From NCBI GenBank assembly GCA_036526375.1, contig DATCYP010000095.1, positions 2,133 through 66,132 on the forward strand: a stretch of 64,000 nt of DNA, given 5' to 3'. Of this stretch, positions 46,203-54,796 are shown piece by piece; position 1 is the stretch's first letter, and the number at the start of each line of letters is the position of its first letter. The notes beneath the pieces were generated by a model. That model worked only from the letters and a program-made list of their open reading frames with translations, made no database searches and had not been told where the DNA came from. This DNA is from Gaiellaceae bacterium. GTDB taxonomy: Bacteria; Actinomycetota; Thermoleophilia; Gaiellales; Gaiellaceae. The translations under genes and the position numbers were made by a program.

Positions 46203-47315
46203 GTGCTCTACGAGCCGGGCGCGTTCGAGCCGCTGACCGACGAGCCGTGGGACGAGGCGCGTGTCCGCGACGGCATCGCCGCCGTCGTGGCGGGCGCCGA
46301 GGCGGCGCTCGATCCCGACGTCCTCTGGCCGGCGCACGAGTGGGACGGCTGGAACGCCGCGCAGCCGATGAAGAACCTCTACGTCGGAGCGGCGGGCGTG
46401 GTGTTCGCCCTCGACGACCTGCAGCGCCGCGGCCTGGCCGAGACGAGGCTCGACCTTCCCGCGGTTGCGCTGCGCGCGCTCGAGCGCTGGCGCGCGGAAC
46501 CGGACTTCATGGAGGGCGAGTCCCTGCCCGACCCGCCCGAGTCCGGCCTGCTCACGGGCGAGACAGGGATCCTCCTCGTCGCGTGCAGACTCGGACTCGG
46601 GCTCGAGGCGGACCTGAAGGCTCGGATCCGCGCCAACCTCGCCAACGAGGCCGAAGACCTGATGTGGGGCACGCCCGGGACGCTGGTCGCTGCCGTCGCG
46701 ATGGAGTGGGACGATCTGGCCCGAGAGTCGGCCGACGCGCTCGTCGCCCGCCGCGACGCCGACGGCCTGTGGACGCAGCGGCTGTGGGGTGCGAGCTTCC
46801 AGGGCGTCGGCCCCGTGCACGGGCTCACCGGCAACGTGCGGGCGCTCCTCCAGGTCGACCATCCGCGGAACGAGTCGCTTCGCGTCGAGTCCGCCGCCGC
46901 GCTCGCGCGTACCGCGACGCGCGAGGAGGGGCTCGCGAACTGGAGCAGCGAGGGCAAGCTCCAGTGGTGCGCCGGCGCGCCCGGGATCGTCTCCGCTGCG
47001 CGCGACTACCTCGACGAGGAGCTGCTCCTCGCCGGTGCGGAGCTCGTCTGGCAGGCGGGCCCGCCCGGCCCCGAGAAGGGACACGGGATCTGCCACGGCA
47101 CCTCGGGCAACGGCTTCGCGCTGCTCGCCGCGTTCGAGCGAACCCGGGACGAGCTGTGGCTCGACCGGGCGCGCCGCTTCGCCGTCCACGCGCTCGCGCA
47201 GGCGGAGCGCATGCCGGCGCGGCAGTCGCTCTTCACGGGCGGTCCGGGGACCGCGCTCTTCGCCGCCGCGTGCCTGGACGCCAACGCGCGCTTCCCGGTG
47301 CTCGAGCGCCGCTAG
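46203..47315 (+). CDS. stand-alone LanC-like (lanthionine synthetase C-like) protein
   Basis: Repeated GxxG toroid motifs. PVHGLTG, WCAGAPG and ICHGTSGNG match the LanC His and Cys-Cys-His zinc site. Confidence 0.8.
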   Translation: MLYEPGAFEPLTDEPWDEARVRDGIAAVVAGAEAALDPDVLWPAHEWDGWNAAQPMKNLYVGAAGVVFALDDLQRRGLAETRLDLPAVALRALERWRAEPDFMEGESLPDPPESGLLTGETGILLVACRLGLGLEADLKARIRANLANEAEDLMWGTPGTLVAAVAMEWDDLARESADALVARRDADGLWTQRLWGASFQGVGPVHGLTGNVRALLQVDHPRNESLRVESAAALARTATREEGLANWSSEGKLQWCAGAPGIVSAARDYLDEELLLAGAELVWQAGPPGPEKGHGICHGTSGNGFALLAAFERTRDELWLDRARRFAVHALAQAERMPARQSLFTGGPGTALFAAACLDANARFPVLERR

Positions 47316-47944
47316 GCGAGCGCGGCTTCGAGCGCTGCGCGGTCCGCCGGCTCGCCGTGGGCCGGGAGCACGAGCTCGACGGGCAGGTCGAGCAGCGGGC
47401 GGAGCCGTTCGGCGACATCGTCCCGGGTCACGTGCTTGCGACCTCCGAGCTGGATGCCCAGCCCGTCGCCGAAGTTCGAGAGCGAGTCGCCGCTGACGAG
47501 CGCGCCGACGGACGGCAGCCAGAAGACGAGGTCGTTGTCCTCGCGACCTGCGTAGGCGTGCATGCCGAACGGCCACGGGCCGGGCCCGTGGAACTCGCCC
47601 TCGCCCTCGCCCGCCCGCAGCCAGGCGAGGTCCTCGCTCTCCATGCCGCGCACACGGTCCGGGTCCACGCCGAACTTCTCCACCCAGTCCTGCCAGGTGT
47701 CGGCGGGCGGCGTGTGCACCGGCAGGCCGAGCCCGCGGGCGTCGCGCTCGTGGTACGGCGCGGTCAGGATGACCGCGGTCGCGCGCTCGCGCAGCTCGCC
47801 GGGAACGGACAGCGGGTCGAACAACACCAGGTCGCCGCCGAGCTCGATCGCGTACGACGACACTTCCTGCGGCCACCAGTCGTCCCCGGTCCAGTCCGGG
47901 TGCGGGGTCTGCCAGTGCCAGAGACCGGGCCGCAGCTCGCGCAT
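47312..47944 (-). CDS. MBL-fold metallo-hydrolase-like protein
   Basis: 210 aa. LWHWQTP...VLFDP...TAPYHERD...SGDSL...PAHG pattern. Convergent with the LanC-like gene, overlapping it by 4 nt. Confidence 0.6.
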   Translation of the reverse strand: MRELRPGLWHWQTPHPDWTGDDWWPQEVSSYAIELGGDLVLFDPLSVPGELRERATAVILTAPYHERDARGLGLPVHTPPADTWQDWVEKFGVDPDRVRGMESEDLAWLRAGEGEGEFHGPGPWPFGMHAYAGREDNDLVFWLPSVGALVSGDSLSNFGDGLGIQLGGRKHVTRDDVAERLRPLLDLPVELVLPAHGEPADRAALEAALA

Positions 47945-47950
47945 CCGCCG

Positions 47951-47956
47951 ATCCTA
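47951..47956 (-). promoter_or_regulatory. -10-like TANNNT box (TAGGAT) for MBL-fold gene
   Basis: Lies 6 nt before ATG 47944. Mirror image of the aminopeptidase box. Confidence 0.4.
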
Positions 47957-47971
47957 GCCGCGCGGTCCGCA

Positions 47972-47977
47972 TAGGAT
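47972..47977 (+). promoter_or_regulatory. -10-like TANNNT box (TAGGAT) for aminopeptidase triplet
   Basis: Lies 7 nt before ATG 47985. Confidence 0.4.
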
Positions 47978-47984
47978 CTTTGCG

Positions 47985-49166
47985 ATGGACGAACGCCTCG
48001 AGCGCTACGCAGAGCTCGCCGTCCGGGTCGGCGCCAACGTGCAGCCGGGTCAGGAGGTCTTCCTCTTCGCCGCGGTCGAGCATCACGATCTCGCTCGGGC
48101 CCTCACGCGCCAGGCCTACCGCGCCGGCGCCTCCTACGTGAACGTCCTCTACAGCGACATGCACGCGCGCAAGGCGATGATCGAGCTCGGCCCGGACGAG
48201 GCCCTCACCTATGCGCCCGGGTGGCTGAAGGACTTCGTCACCTCGATCGCCGGCAACGCGTTGATCGCCACGACCGGCGATCCGGAGCCGGATCTGCTGG
48301 CCGACCTCGACGGCGAGCGCGTCGGTCGAGCCGTACCGCAGGAGATCGTGCAGATCCGGATGCAGCAGATGGGCGAGAACTCCGTCAACTGGGTCGGCGT
48401 CGGTGCACCGGGTGAGGAGTGGGCGCGCCAGGTGTTCGGAGAGCCGGACGTCGAGCGCCTGTGGGAGGCCGTCGCGTACTGCATGCGCCTCGACGAGCCG
48501 GACCCCGCAGCCGCCTGGAGCGAGCACCTCGCACGGCTCGAGGCGCGAACGACGCAGCTGAACGAGCTCAAGGCCGACGCGCTCCGCTATCGCGGCCCCG
48601 GTACCGACCTGACGGTGGGATTGCTCGCGAACGCCCGCTGGGAGTCGGGCTCCTCCACGACCTCGGGCGGGATCACCTACGTCGCGAACATGCCGACGGA
48701 GGAGCTCTTCACCTCGCCGGACGCGCGCCGCACCGAAGGGACGATCCGCCAGACGCTGCCGCTGCCTCTCTCCGGCCAGGTCGTGCGCAATCTGGAGCTG
48801 ACGTTCGAGGGGGGGCGGGCCGTCCGGGTCGAGGCCGAGAGCGGAGCCGACCTCGTTCGCAGCCACTTCGCGACGATCGAGAACGCCGACCGCCTCGGCG
48901 AGGTGGCGCTCGTGACGAAGGAATCCCGCGTCGGTCAGACGGGGCTGGTCTTCAACGACCCGCTGTACGACGAGAACGCGACCTGCCACATGGCGTACGG
49001 AGCCGCGTTTCCGTTCCTGCTCGACGGCGAGCCCGGCGAGGGATTCAACGTGGCGAACATGCACGTCGACTTCATGGTCGGCGGACCCGAGCTCGAGGTG
49101 GACGCGGTGATGCCGGACGGAGCCGAGGTCCCGCTGATTCGCAACGAGGAGTGGCAGCTGGCGTGA
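47985..49166 (+). CDS. M29 family aminopeptidase (AmpS/PepS/aminopeptidase T-like), copy 1
   Basis: 393 aa. ANMPTEELFT, GEVALV, DENATCHMAYG and HVDFMVG metal-site motifs. Confidence 0.85.
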   Translation: MDERLERYAELAVRVGANVQPGQEVFLFAAVEHHDLARALTRQAYRAGASYVNVLYSDMHARKAMIELGPDEALTYAPGWLKDFVTSIAGNALIATTGDPEPDLLADLDGERVGRAVPQEIVQIRMQQMGENSVNWVGVGAPGEEWARQVFGEPDVERLWEAVAYCMRLDEPDPAAAWSEHLARLEARTTQLNELKADALRYRGPGTDLTVGLLANARWESGSSTTSGGITYVANMPTEELFTSPDARRTEGTIRQTLPLPLSGQVVRNLELTFEGGRAVRVEAESGADLVRSHFATIENADRLGEVALVTKESRVGQTGLVFNDPLYDENATCHMAYGAAFPFLLDGEPGEGFNVANMHVDFMVGGPELEVDAVMPDGAEVPLIRNEEWQLA

Positions 49167-50365
49167 GCGTCGACGGCGACGACAACGGCAGGAGGCTCGA
49201 GCAGTACGCGGAGCTGGCCGTGCGTGTCGGCGCGAACGTACAGCCCGGGCAGGAGGTCTTCATCCAGCCGATGGTCGAGCACACCGAGCTCGCGCGGGCG
49301 CTCGTGCGGCAGGCCTACGAGGCGGGCGCCTCCTACGTGCACGTGGTCTACCGGGACGAGCACGTGAGGCGCGCGCGGATCGAACTCGGCCCCGACTCCG
49401 CGCTCACGTACTCGCCAGACTGGGAGATCGCGCTCACGGAGGCGGAGTCGGGCAACGCATCGATCGGGACGATGGGCAAGCCGGATCCGCAGCTGCTCGC
49501 AGACCTCGACGGAGAGCGCATCGGCCGTGCGGTCCAGGTGCAGATCGCGGAGATCGTGCAACGGCAGCATCGCGAGAGCAGCGTCAACTGGTGCGGCATC
49601 GGAGCGCCGAACGCGGGCTGGGCGAAGCAGGTCTTCGGCGAGCCCGACGTCGAGCGGCTGTGGGACAAGGTCGCCTTCTGCATGCGGCTCGACGAGCCGG
49701 ACCCGGTCGCCGCCTGGCGCGAGCACATCGCCCGGCTCGACGCCCGCGCCGAGACGCTCACGGCGCTCCGGCCGGACGCGCTCCGGTACCGCGGCCCCGG
49801 CACCGACCTCACGGTCGGCCTCCTGCCGACCGCGCGCTGGGGGAGCGCCCGCTTCCGCACCTCCGGCGGGATCGACTACGTCGCGAACATGCCGACGGAG
49901 GAGATCTTCACCACTCCCGACTCCCGGCGCGCGGAGGGGACGATCCGGTCGAGGAAGCCGCTCTCCCTCAACGGCCAGATCATCCGCGGCCTGCAGTTCA
50001 CGTTCGAGGAGGGGCGGATCGTCGGCGTCGACGCCGAGCAGGGCGCCGATCTCGTCCGCAGTCAGATCGCCACGAACGAGAACGCCGACCGGCTGGGCGA
50101 GCTCGCGCTCGTCACGAGCGAGTCGCGCGTCGGACAGTCGGGGACGCTCTTCTTCGACACGCTCTTCGACGAGAACGCGACCTGCCACATCGCCTACGGG
50201 ATGGGGCTGCCGTACGCGTTCGACGGCGAGCCCGACGAGCGCACGAACGCGTGCAACGTCCACGTCGACTTCATGGTCGGGGCGCCCGAGCTCGAGGTGG
50301 ACGCGGTGCTCGCCGACGGGAGCGAGGTGCCGCTGATCCGGAACGAGGAATGGCAGCTGGCGTAA
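49163..50365 (+). CDS. M29 family aminopeptidase, copy 2
   Basis: Paralog of copy 1 with the same motifs intact. GTGA overlap with copy 1. Confidence 0.85.
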   Translation: MSVDGDDNGRRLEQYAELAVRVGANVQPGQEVFIQPMVEHTELARALVRQAYEAGASYVHVVYRDEHVRRARIELGPDSALTYSPDWEIALTEAESGNASIGTMGKPDPQLLADLDGERIGRAVQVQIAEIVQRQHRESSVNWCGIGAPNAGWAKQVFGEPDVERLWDKVAFCMRLDEPDPVAAWREHIARLDARAETLTALRPDALRYRGPGTDLTVGLLPTARWGSARFRTSGGIDYVANMPTEEIFTTPDSRRAEGTIRSRKPLSLNGQIIRGLQFTFEEGRIVGVDAEQGADLVRSQIATNENADRLGELALVTSESRVGQSGTLFFDTLFDENATCHIAYGMGLPYAFDGEPDERTNACNVHVDFMVGAPELEVDAVLADGSEVPLIRNEEWQLA

Positions 50366-51549
50366 CCGACGAGCGGCTCGAGCGCTATGCCGAGCTCGCC
50401 GTTCGGATCGGTGCGAACGTGCAGCCGGGCCAGGAGGTGTTCATCGGCGGGATGGTCGAGCACGCGGAGTTGATCCGGGCGCTCGCGCGGCAGTCGTACC
50501 TGGCGGATGCCTCCTACGTCCACGTCGCGTACGACGACCAGCACGTCCATCGCGCGAGGATCGAGCTCGGGCCGGACGAGATGCTCTCGCACTCGCCCGA
50601 GTGGTTGAAGACCCTGGCCGAGGAGAGCAGCGGACACGCTCAGCTCGGGACGATGGGGAATCCCGAGCCGGAGCTGCTCGCCGACCTCGACGGCGATCGT
50701 GTCAGCCGCGCGATCCCGCTGGAGGCCCTGGAGATCTTCCAGCGCCAGCTCGCGGATCGCACGGTCAACTGGTGCGGCGTCGGCGCGCCGAACGAGGGCT
50801 GGGCGGCGCAGGTCTTCGGGGAGCCCGACGTCGAGCGGCTCTGGGAGCTCGTCGCCTTCTGCTTCCGCCTCGACGAGCCCGATCCCGTCGCCGCCTGGAC
50901 CGAGCATCTCGACCGGCTCGAGGCGCGCGGCGCCGCCCTGACCGCGCTCCGGCCCGACGCGATCCGCTACCGCGGTCCCGGCACCGATCTCACGGTCGGC
51001 CTGCTCCCGACCGCACGCTGGGTCAGCGCCCGCTTCCGCACGGTGTCGGACATCGAGTACGTCGCGAACATGCCGACGGAGGAGATCTTCACGACGCCCG
51101 ATCCGCGTCGCGCAGAGGGGACGATCCGCTCGAGCCTGCCGCTCTCGCTCGGCGGACAGCTGATCCGGGGCCTCGAGTTCACGTTCTCGGACGGACGGAT
51201 CACCGGCGTCGAGGCCGAGACCGGCGCCGACCTCGTGCGCGGGCACATGGCGACGATCGAGAACGCCGACCGCCTGGGCGAGCTCGCTCTCGTCACCAAC
51301 GAGTCGCGGGTCGGCCAGACCGGCACGCTCTTCTACAACACGCTCTTCGACGAGAACGCGACGTGCCACATCGCCTACGGGTTCGGGATCCCCACCGCGT
51401 TCGACGGTGAGCCCGACGAGGCGATGAACGTCTCGAACATGCACGTCGACTTCATGGTCGGCAGCCCGGAGCTCGAGGTCGACGCGCTGCTCGAGGACGG
51501 GACGGCCGTGCCGCTCGTCCGCGAGGAGACCTGGCAGCTCGAGCGGTGA
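50350..51549 (+). CDS. M29 family aminopeptidase, copy 3
   Basis: Paralog with the same motifs intact. ATG 50350 lies inside the last codons of copy 2 (16-nt overlap). Confidence 0.85.
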   Translation: MAAGVTDERLERYAELAVRIGANVQPGQEVFIGGMVEHAELIRALARQSYLADASYVHVAYDDQHVHRARIELGPDEMLSHSPEWLKTLAEESSGHAQLGTMGNPEPELLADLDGDRVSRAIPLEALEIFQRQLADRTVNWCGVGAPNEGWAAQVFGEPDVERLWELVAFCFRLDEPDPVAAWTEHLDRLEARGAALTALRPDAIRYRGPGTDLTVGLLPTARWVSARFRTVSDIEYVANMPTEEIFTTPDPRRAEGTIRSSLPLSLGGQLIRGLEFTFSDGRITGVEAETGADLVRGHMATIENADRLGELALVTNESRVGQTGTLFYNTLFDENATCHIAYGFGIPTAFDGEPDEAMNVSNMHVDFMVGSPELEVDALLEDGTAVPLVREETWQLER

Positions 51550-51560
51550 CGCCCGGCCAC

Positions 51561-51566
51561 TAGCCT
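51561..51566 (+). promoter_or_regulatory. -10-like TANNNT box (TAGCCT) for ftsY
   Basis: Lies 6 nt before ATG 51573. Confidence 0.4.
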
Positions 51567-51572
51567 GAGGCG

Positions 51573-52529
51573 ATGGCGCGGAGTTGGGGGGAGCTGCTGG
51601 GCGAGCCGGACGCGGGGGTCGAACCCGAGGAGCAGGGCGAAGGCCGCTTCTTCTCGCGGCTGCGCGACTCGCTCTCGAAGTCGCGCCGCGCGCTCACCGG
51701 CGAGCTTGTCGCGGCCGCGTCCTTCGATCCCGGGAACGACGCCGACTGGGAGCGCCTCGAGGAGGCGCTGATCGCCGGCGACGTCGGTGTCCGCGCGACC
51801 GCCGAGCTCGTGCGGAGGCTGGAGGCGCGCGGCGAGCTCGTGGATCTGAACGCGGCGCTGGCGGACGAGGTGGCTGGGCTCTTCGGCGAGCCGCCGGTCC
51901 TCGACGTCGCCCACGAGCCCGCCGTGATCCTCGTCGTCGGCGTCAACGGAACCGGCAAGACGACCACCATCGGCAAGCTGGCGGCGCGGCTCGCCGAGTG
52001 CGGCCGGTCGATCGTCGTCGCCGCCGCCGACACCTACCGCGCGGCCGCGGAGGAGCAGCTCGAGATCTGGGCGAAGCGGGCCGGCGCGGACTTCGTCGGC
52101 TCCGAGCGCGGCGCGGATCCGGCGGCGGTCGCCTACGACGCGCTCGAGGCAGCCGTCGCGCGCGGCCGCGACGTCGTCGTCGTCGACACGGCCGGCCGCC
52201 TCCACACGCAGACCAACCTCATGGAGGAGCTCGCGAAGGTGCGCCGCGTCATCGCCGGCCGCCTCGACGGGGCGCCGCACGAGACGCTGCTCGTCGTCGA
52301 CGCGACGACCGGACAGAACGGCGTCCAGCAGGCGCGATTGTTCGGCGAGGCGGTCGGCGTCACCGGGGTCGTGCTCACGAAGCTCGACGGCTCCGCGAAG
52401 GGCGGAGTCGCGATCCCGATCGCCTACGAGCTCGGCCTGCCGGTGAAGCTCGTCGGTGTCGGAGAGGCGCTCGAGGACCTGCAGCCGTTCGACCCGCGCG
52501 ACTACGCGCGGGCGCTCGTGGCCGGGTAG
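51573..52529 (+). CDS. ftsY: signal recognition particle receptor FtsY
   Basis: VGVNGTGKTTT, DTAGR, TKLDGSAKGG motifs; 318 aa. Confidence 0.95.
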   Translation: MARSWGELLGEPDAGVEPEEQGEGRFFSRLRDSLSKSRRALTGELVAAASFDPGNDADWERLEEALIAGDVGVRATAELVRRLEARGELVDLNAALADEVAGLFGEPPVLDVAHEPAVILVVGVNGTGKTTTIGKLAARLAECGRSIVVAAADTYRAAAEEQLEIWAKRAGADFVGSERGADPAAVAYDALEAAVARGRDVVVVDTAGRLHTQTNLMEELAKVRRVIAGRLDGAPHETLLVVDATTGQNGVQQARLFGEAVGVTGVVLTKLDGSAKGGVAIPIAYELGLPVKLVGVGEALEDLQPFDPRDYARALVAG

Positions 52530-52591
52530 GAGGCGCATGCCGACGCGCACCGGCGGCGGAGGGCCGGGCGCTGCGACGTCCGCCCGGATAA

Positions 52592-52609
52592 CCGGCAGGA
52601 CGCTGCCGG
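52592..52609. terminator. GC hairpin CCGGCAG-GACG-CTGCCGG between convergent ftsY and lipoprotein genes
   Basis: Perfect 7-bp stem with a 4-nt loop. No U-tract, so function is tentative. Confidence 0.3.
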
Positions 52610-52750
52610 CACACGCCGGAACGATTCGGAGCGGACCTCGTCAGCGGACGAAGCCGGGCGGTGCCGACAGGGGCGTCGTTGCGCCGGCGGCAATCGGAAT
52701 CGGCGCCCTGTACGGCCCCAATGACGTGTCGGCGCGTCGCGGGTCGTACC

Positions 52751-53092
52751 TCATGCGCCCGGCGCCTTCACGACGAGCGGCACCCCGCCCCGGCCCGAGA
52801 GCGGAAATCTCGCCGGACGGCTGGAGACGTTGTGCAGCGCGAACGCGACCCTCAACTCGTCTCGGGCTGGACCGGGCATGGCGACGGTGGCGGTGCGACG
52901 GATGTGCCCTCCGAGGATGAGGCGGCTGGAACCGACCCGTCGCGCGGAGGCCAGCGCTCCGGCAGCATGCACCGGCCCGCGATGAGCGGCCCGGTGGCTG
53001 GCTACGCACGCCGACAGCACGAGTGCGATCGCGACAAGCACAGCGACACCGCCGAAACCTTCACGTGACTGAAGGTACGACGCCGCGCGCAC
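52751..53092 (-). CDS. putative lipoprotein (possibly truncated or frameshifted at its 3' end)
   Basis: GTG 53092 gives MRAASYLQSREGFGGVAVLVAIALVLSAC (lipobox LSAC). An adjacent frame stays protein-like down to 52641. Confidence 0.45.
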   Translation of the reverse strand: MRAASYLQSREGFGGVAVLVAIALVLSACVASHRAAHRGPVHAAGALASARRVGSSRLILGGHIRRTATVAMPGPARDELRVAFALHNVSSRPARFPLSGRGGVPLVVKAPGA

Positions 53093-53127
53093 CGACGTCG
53101 CGCGATTGGGCCTGCGCTTCCCGCCGG

Positions 53128-53133
53128 TACCCT
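53128..53133 (+). promoter_or_regulatory. -10-like TANNNT box (TACCCT) for ffh
   Basis: Lies 7 nt before ATG 53141. Confidence 0.4.
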
Positions 53134-53140
53134 GCGGCGG

Positions 53141-54547
53141 ATGTTCGACGCGCTCAGCGACAAGCTCCAGAGCGCCCTCGGCGACCTTCGCGGGCGCGGC
53201 GTCCTCGACGAGGAGGCGATCTCCCGCGCCATGCGCGAGGTGCGGCTCGCCCTGCTCGAGGCAGACGTCAACTTCGGCGTCGTCAAGGAGTTCGTCGCGC
53301 AGGTGCGCGAGCGCGCGCTCGGCGAGGACGTACGGAAGAGCCTCACGCCCGGCCAGCAGGTGGTGAAGATCGTCCACGAAGAGCTGACCGAGCTCCTCGG
53401 CTCGTCCGACTCGCGGCTCGCCTTCTCGCAGCGGCCGCCCACGACGATCCTCCTCGCCGGCCTGCAGGGCTCGGGCAAGACGACGGCCGCGGGCAAGCTC
53501 GCGCTTCTGCTCACGAAGGAAGGCCGCAAGCCCGCGCTCGTCGCCGCGGACCTGCAGCGTCCGGCCGCGATCGACCAGCTCGTCCAGCTGGGCGAGCAAG
53601 TCGGAGTACCGGTCTATGCCGACGAGCGCGCCGACCCCGTGAAGGCCGTCCACGACGGAATCGAGCGGGCGAAGGCCGACGCGCGCGACGTCGTGATCCT
53701 CGACACCGCCGGCCGCCTGCACGTCGACGAGGCGCTGATGGAGGAGCTCGCCGCCGTGCGGCGCGAAGCGAAGCCGACCAACGTCCTCCTCGTCCTCGAC
53801 GCGATGACCGGCCAGGAGGCCGTCGACGTCGCGCAGGCGTTCCAGGAGCGGATCGACTTCGACGGCGTCGTCCTCACGAAGCTCGACGGCGACGCGCGCG
53901 GCGGCGCGGCGCTCTCCGTGCGCGCGGTCACCGGTCGCCCCATCAAGCTCGCCTCGCTCGGCGAGAAGCTCGACGCGCTCGACTGGTTCCACCCGGACCG
54001 GATGGCGTCGCGCATCCTCGGCATGGGCGACGTCCTGACGCTGATCGAGCGCGCCGAGGCGGCGATCGAGGAGGACGAGAAGGAAGAGCTCGAGCGTCGC
54101 ATGATGAAGGGCGAGTTCACCTTCGACGACTTCCTCTCGAGCTACAAGATGGTGCGCCGCATGGGGCCGCTCCAGGGCGTGATCAAGATGATTCCCGGCC
54201 TGGGCAAGCAGCTCGAGGGCCTCGACCAGGTGGACGAGGGCCAGCTCAAGCGGGTCGAGGCGATCGTCCTCTCGATGACGCCGCACGAGCGGCGCGTCCC
54301 GCACGTGATCGACGCGTCGCGCCGCAGGCGGATCGCGGCCGGCTCCGGCACGAGCGTGGAGCAGGTCAACCAGCTGATCGAGGCGCGCAAGCAGATGGCG
54401 AAGATGATGAAGATGGTCGGATCGGGGAAGATGCCGCAGTTGCCCGGCGCGGCGGCGGGAGCGCCTACGATGGGCGGCGGTCCGCGACCGAGCGCGACCC
54501 GTAAGGCGAGTTCAAAACGAAAGAAGAAGAAGAAAGCGAGAAGGTAA
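53141..54547 (+). CDS. ffh: signal recognition particle protein Ffh
   Basis: [24 protein letters not shown] motifs, Met-rich M domain, basic tail. Confidence 0.95.
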   Translation: MFDALSDKLQSALGDLRGRGVLDEEAISRAMREVRLALLEADVNFGVVKEFVAQVRERALGEDVRKSLTPGQQVVKIVHEELTELLGSSDSRLAFSQRPPTTILLAGLQGSGKTTAAGKLALLLTKEGRKPALVAADLQRPAAIDQLVQLGEQVGVPVYADERADPVKAVHDGIERAKADARDVVILDTAGRLHVDEALMEELAAVRREAKPTNVLLVLDAMTGQEAVDVAQAFQERIDFDGVVLTKLDGDARGGAALSVRAVTGRPIKLASLGEKLDALDWFHPDRMASRILGMGDVLTLIERAEAAIEEDEKEELERRMMKGEFTFDDFLSSYKMVRRMGPLQGVIKMIPGLGKQLEGLDQVDEGQLKRVEAIVLSMTPHERRVPHVIDASRRRRIAAGSGTSVEQVNQLIEARKQMAKMMKMVGSGKMPQLPGAAAGAPTMGGGPRPSATRKASSKRKKKKKARR

Positions 54548-54551
54548 CCGG

Positions 54552-54794
54552 ATGGCAGTCAAGCTCAGGCTGACGCGGGTCGGCTCCAAGAAGAACCCGA
54601 TCTACCGCGTCGTCGCCGCCGATTCGCGCTCGCCGCGCGACGGCAAGTTCATCGAGATCGTCGGTCGCTACAACCCGCAGTCGGATCCGTCGCTCATCGA
54701 TCTCGACGAGGAGAAGGTGCGCGGCTGGCTCGAGAAGGGCGCGCAGCCGACCGAGTCGGTGGCGAAGCTCCTCAAGGCCCAGGGCATCTCGTAG
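54552..54794 (+). CDS. rpsP: 30S ribosomal protein S16
   Basis: [21 protein letters not shown]... Confidence 0.95.
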   Translation: MAVKLRLTRVGSKKNPIYRVVAADSRSPRDGKFIEIVGRYNPQSDPSLIDLDEEKVRGWLEKGAQPTESVAKLLKAQGIS

Positions 54795-54796
54795 CG

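Noticed and set aside
52661-53068. Plus-strand ORFs 52456..52920 and 52661..53068 in the ftsY-ffh gap
   Set aside because: Their translations are Arg/Gly/Ser-rich with no signal or domain features. The opposite strand gives a clean lipoprotein signal peptide.
52530-53140. Possible SRP RNA (ffs) or other ncRNA in the 610-bp gap between ftsY and ffh
   Set aside because: Neither strand shows the conserved domain IV sequence (GGAA-type tetraloop flanked by AGCAGC-like symmetric-loop bases). The gap is better explained by a minus-strand lipoprotein ORF.
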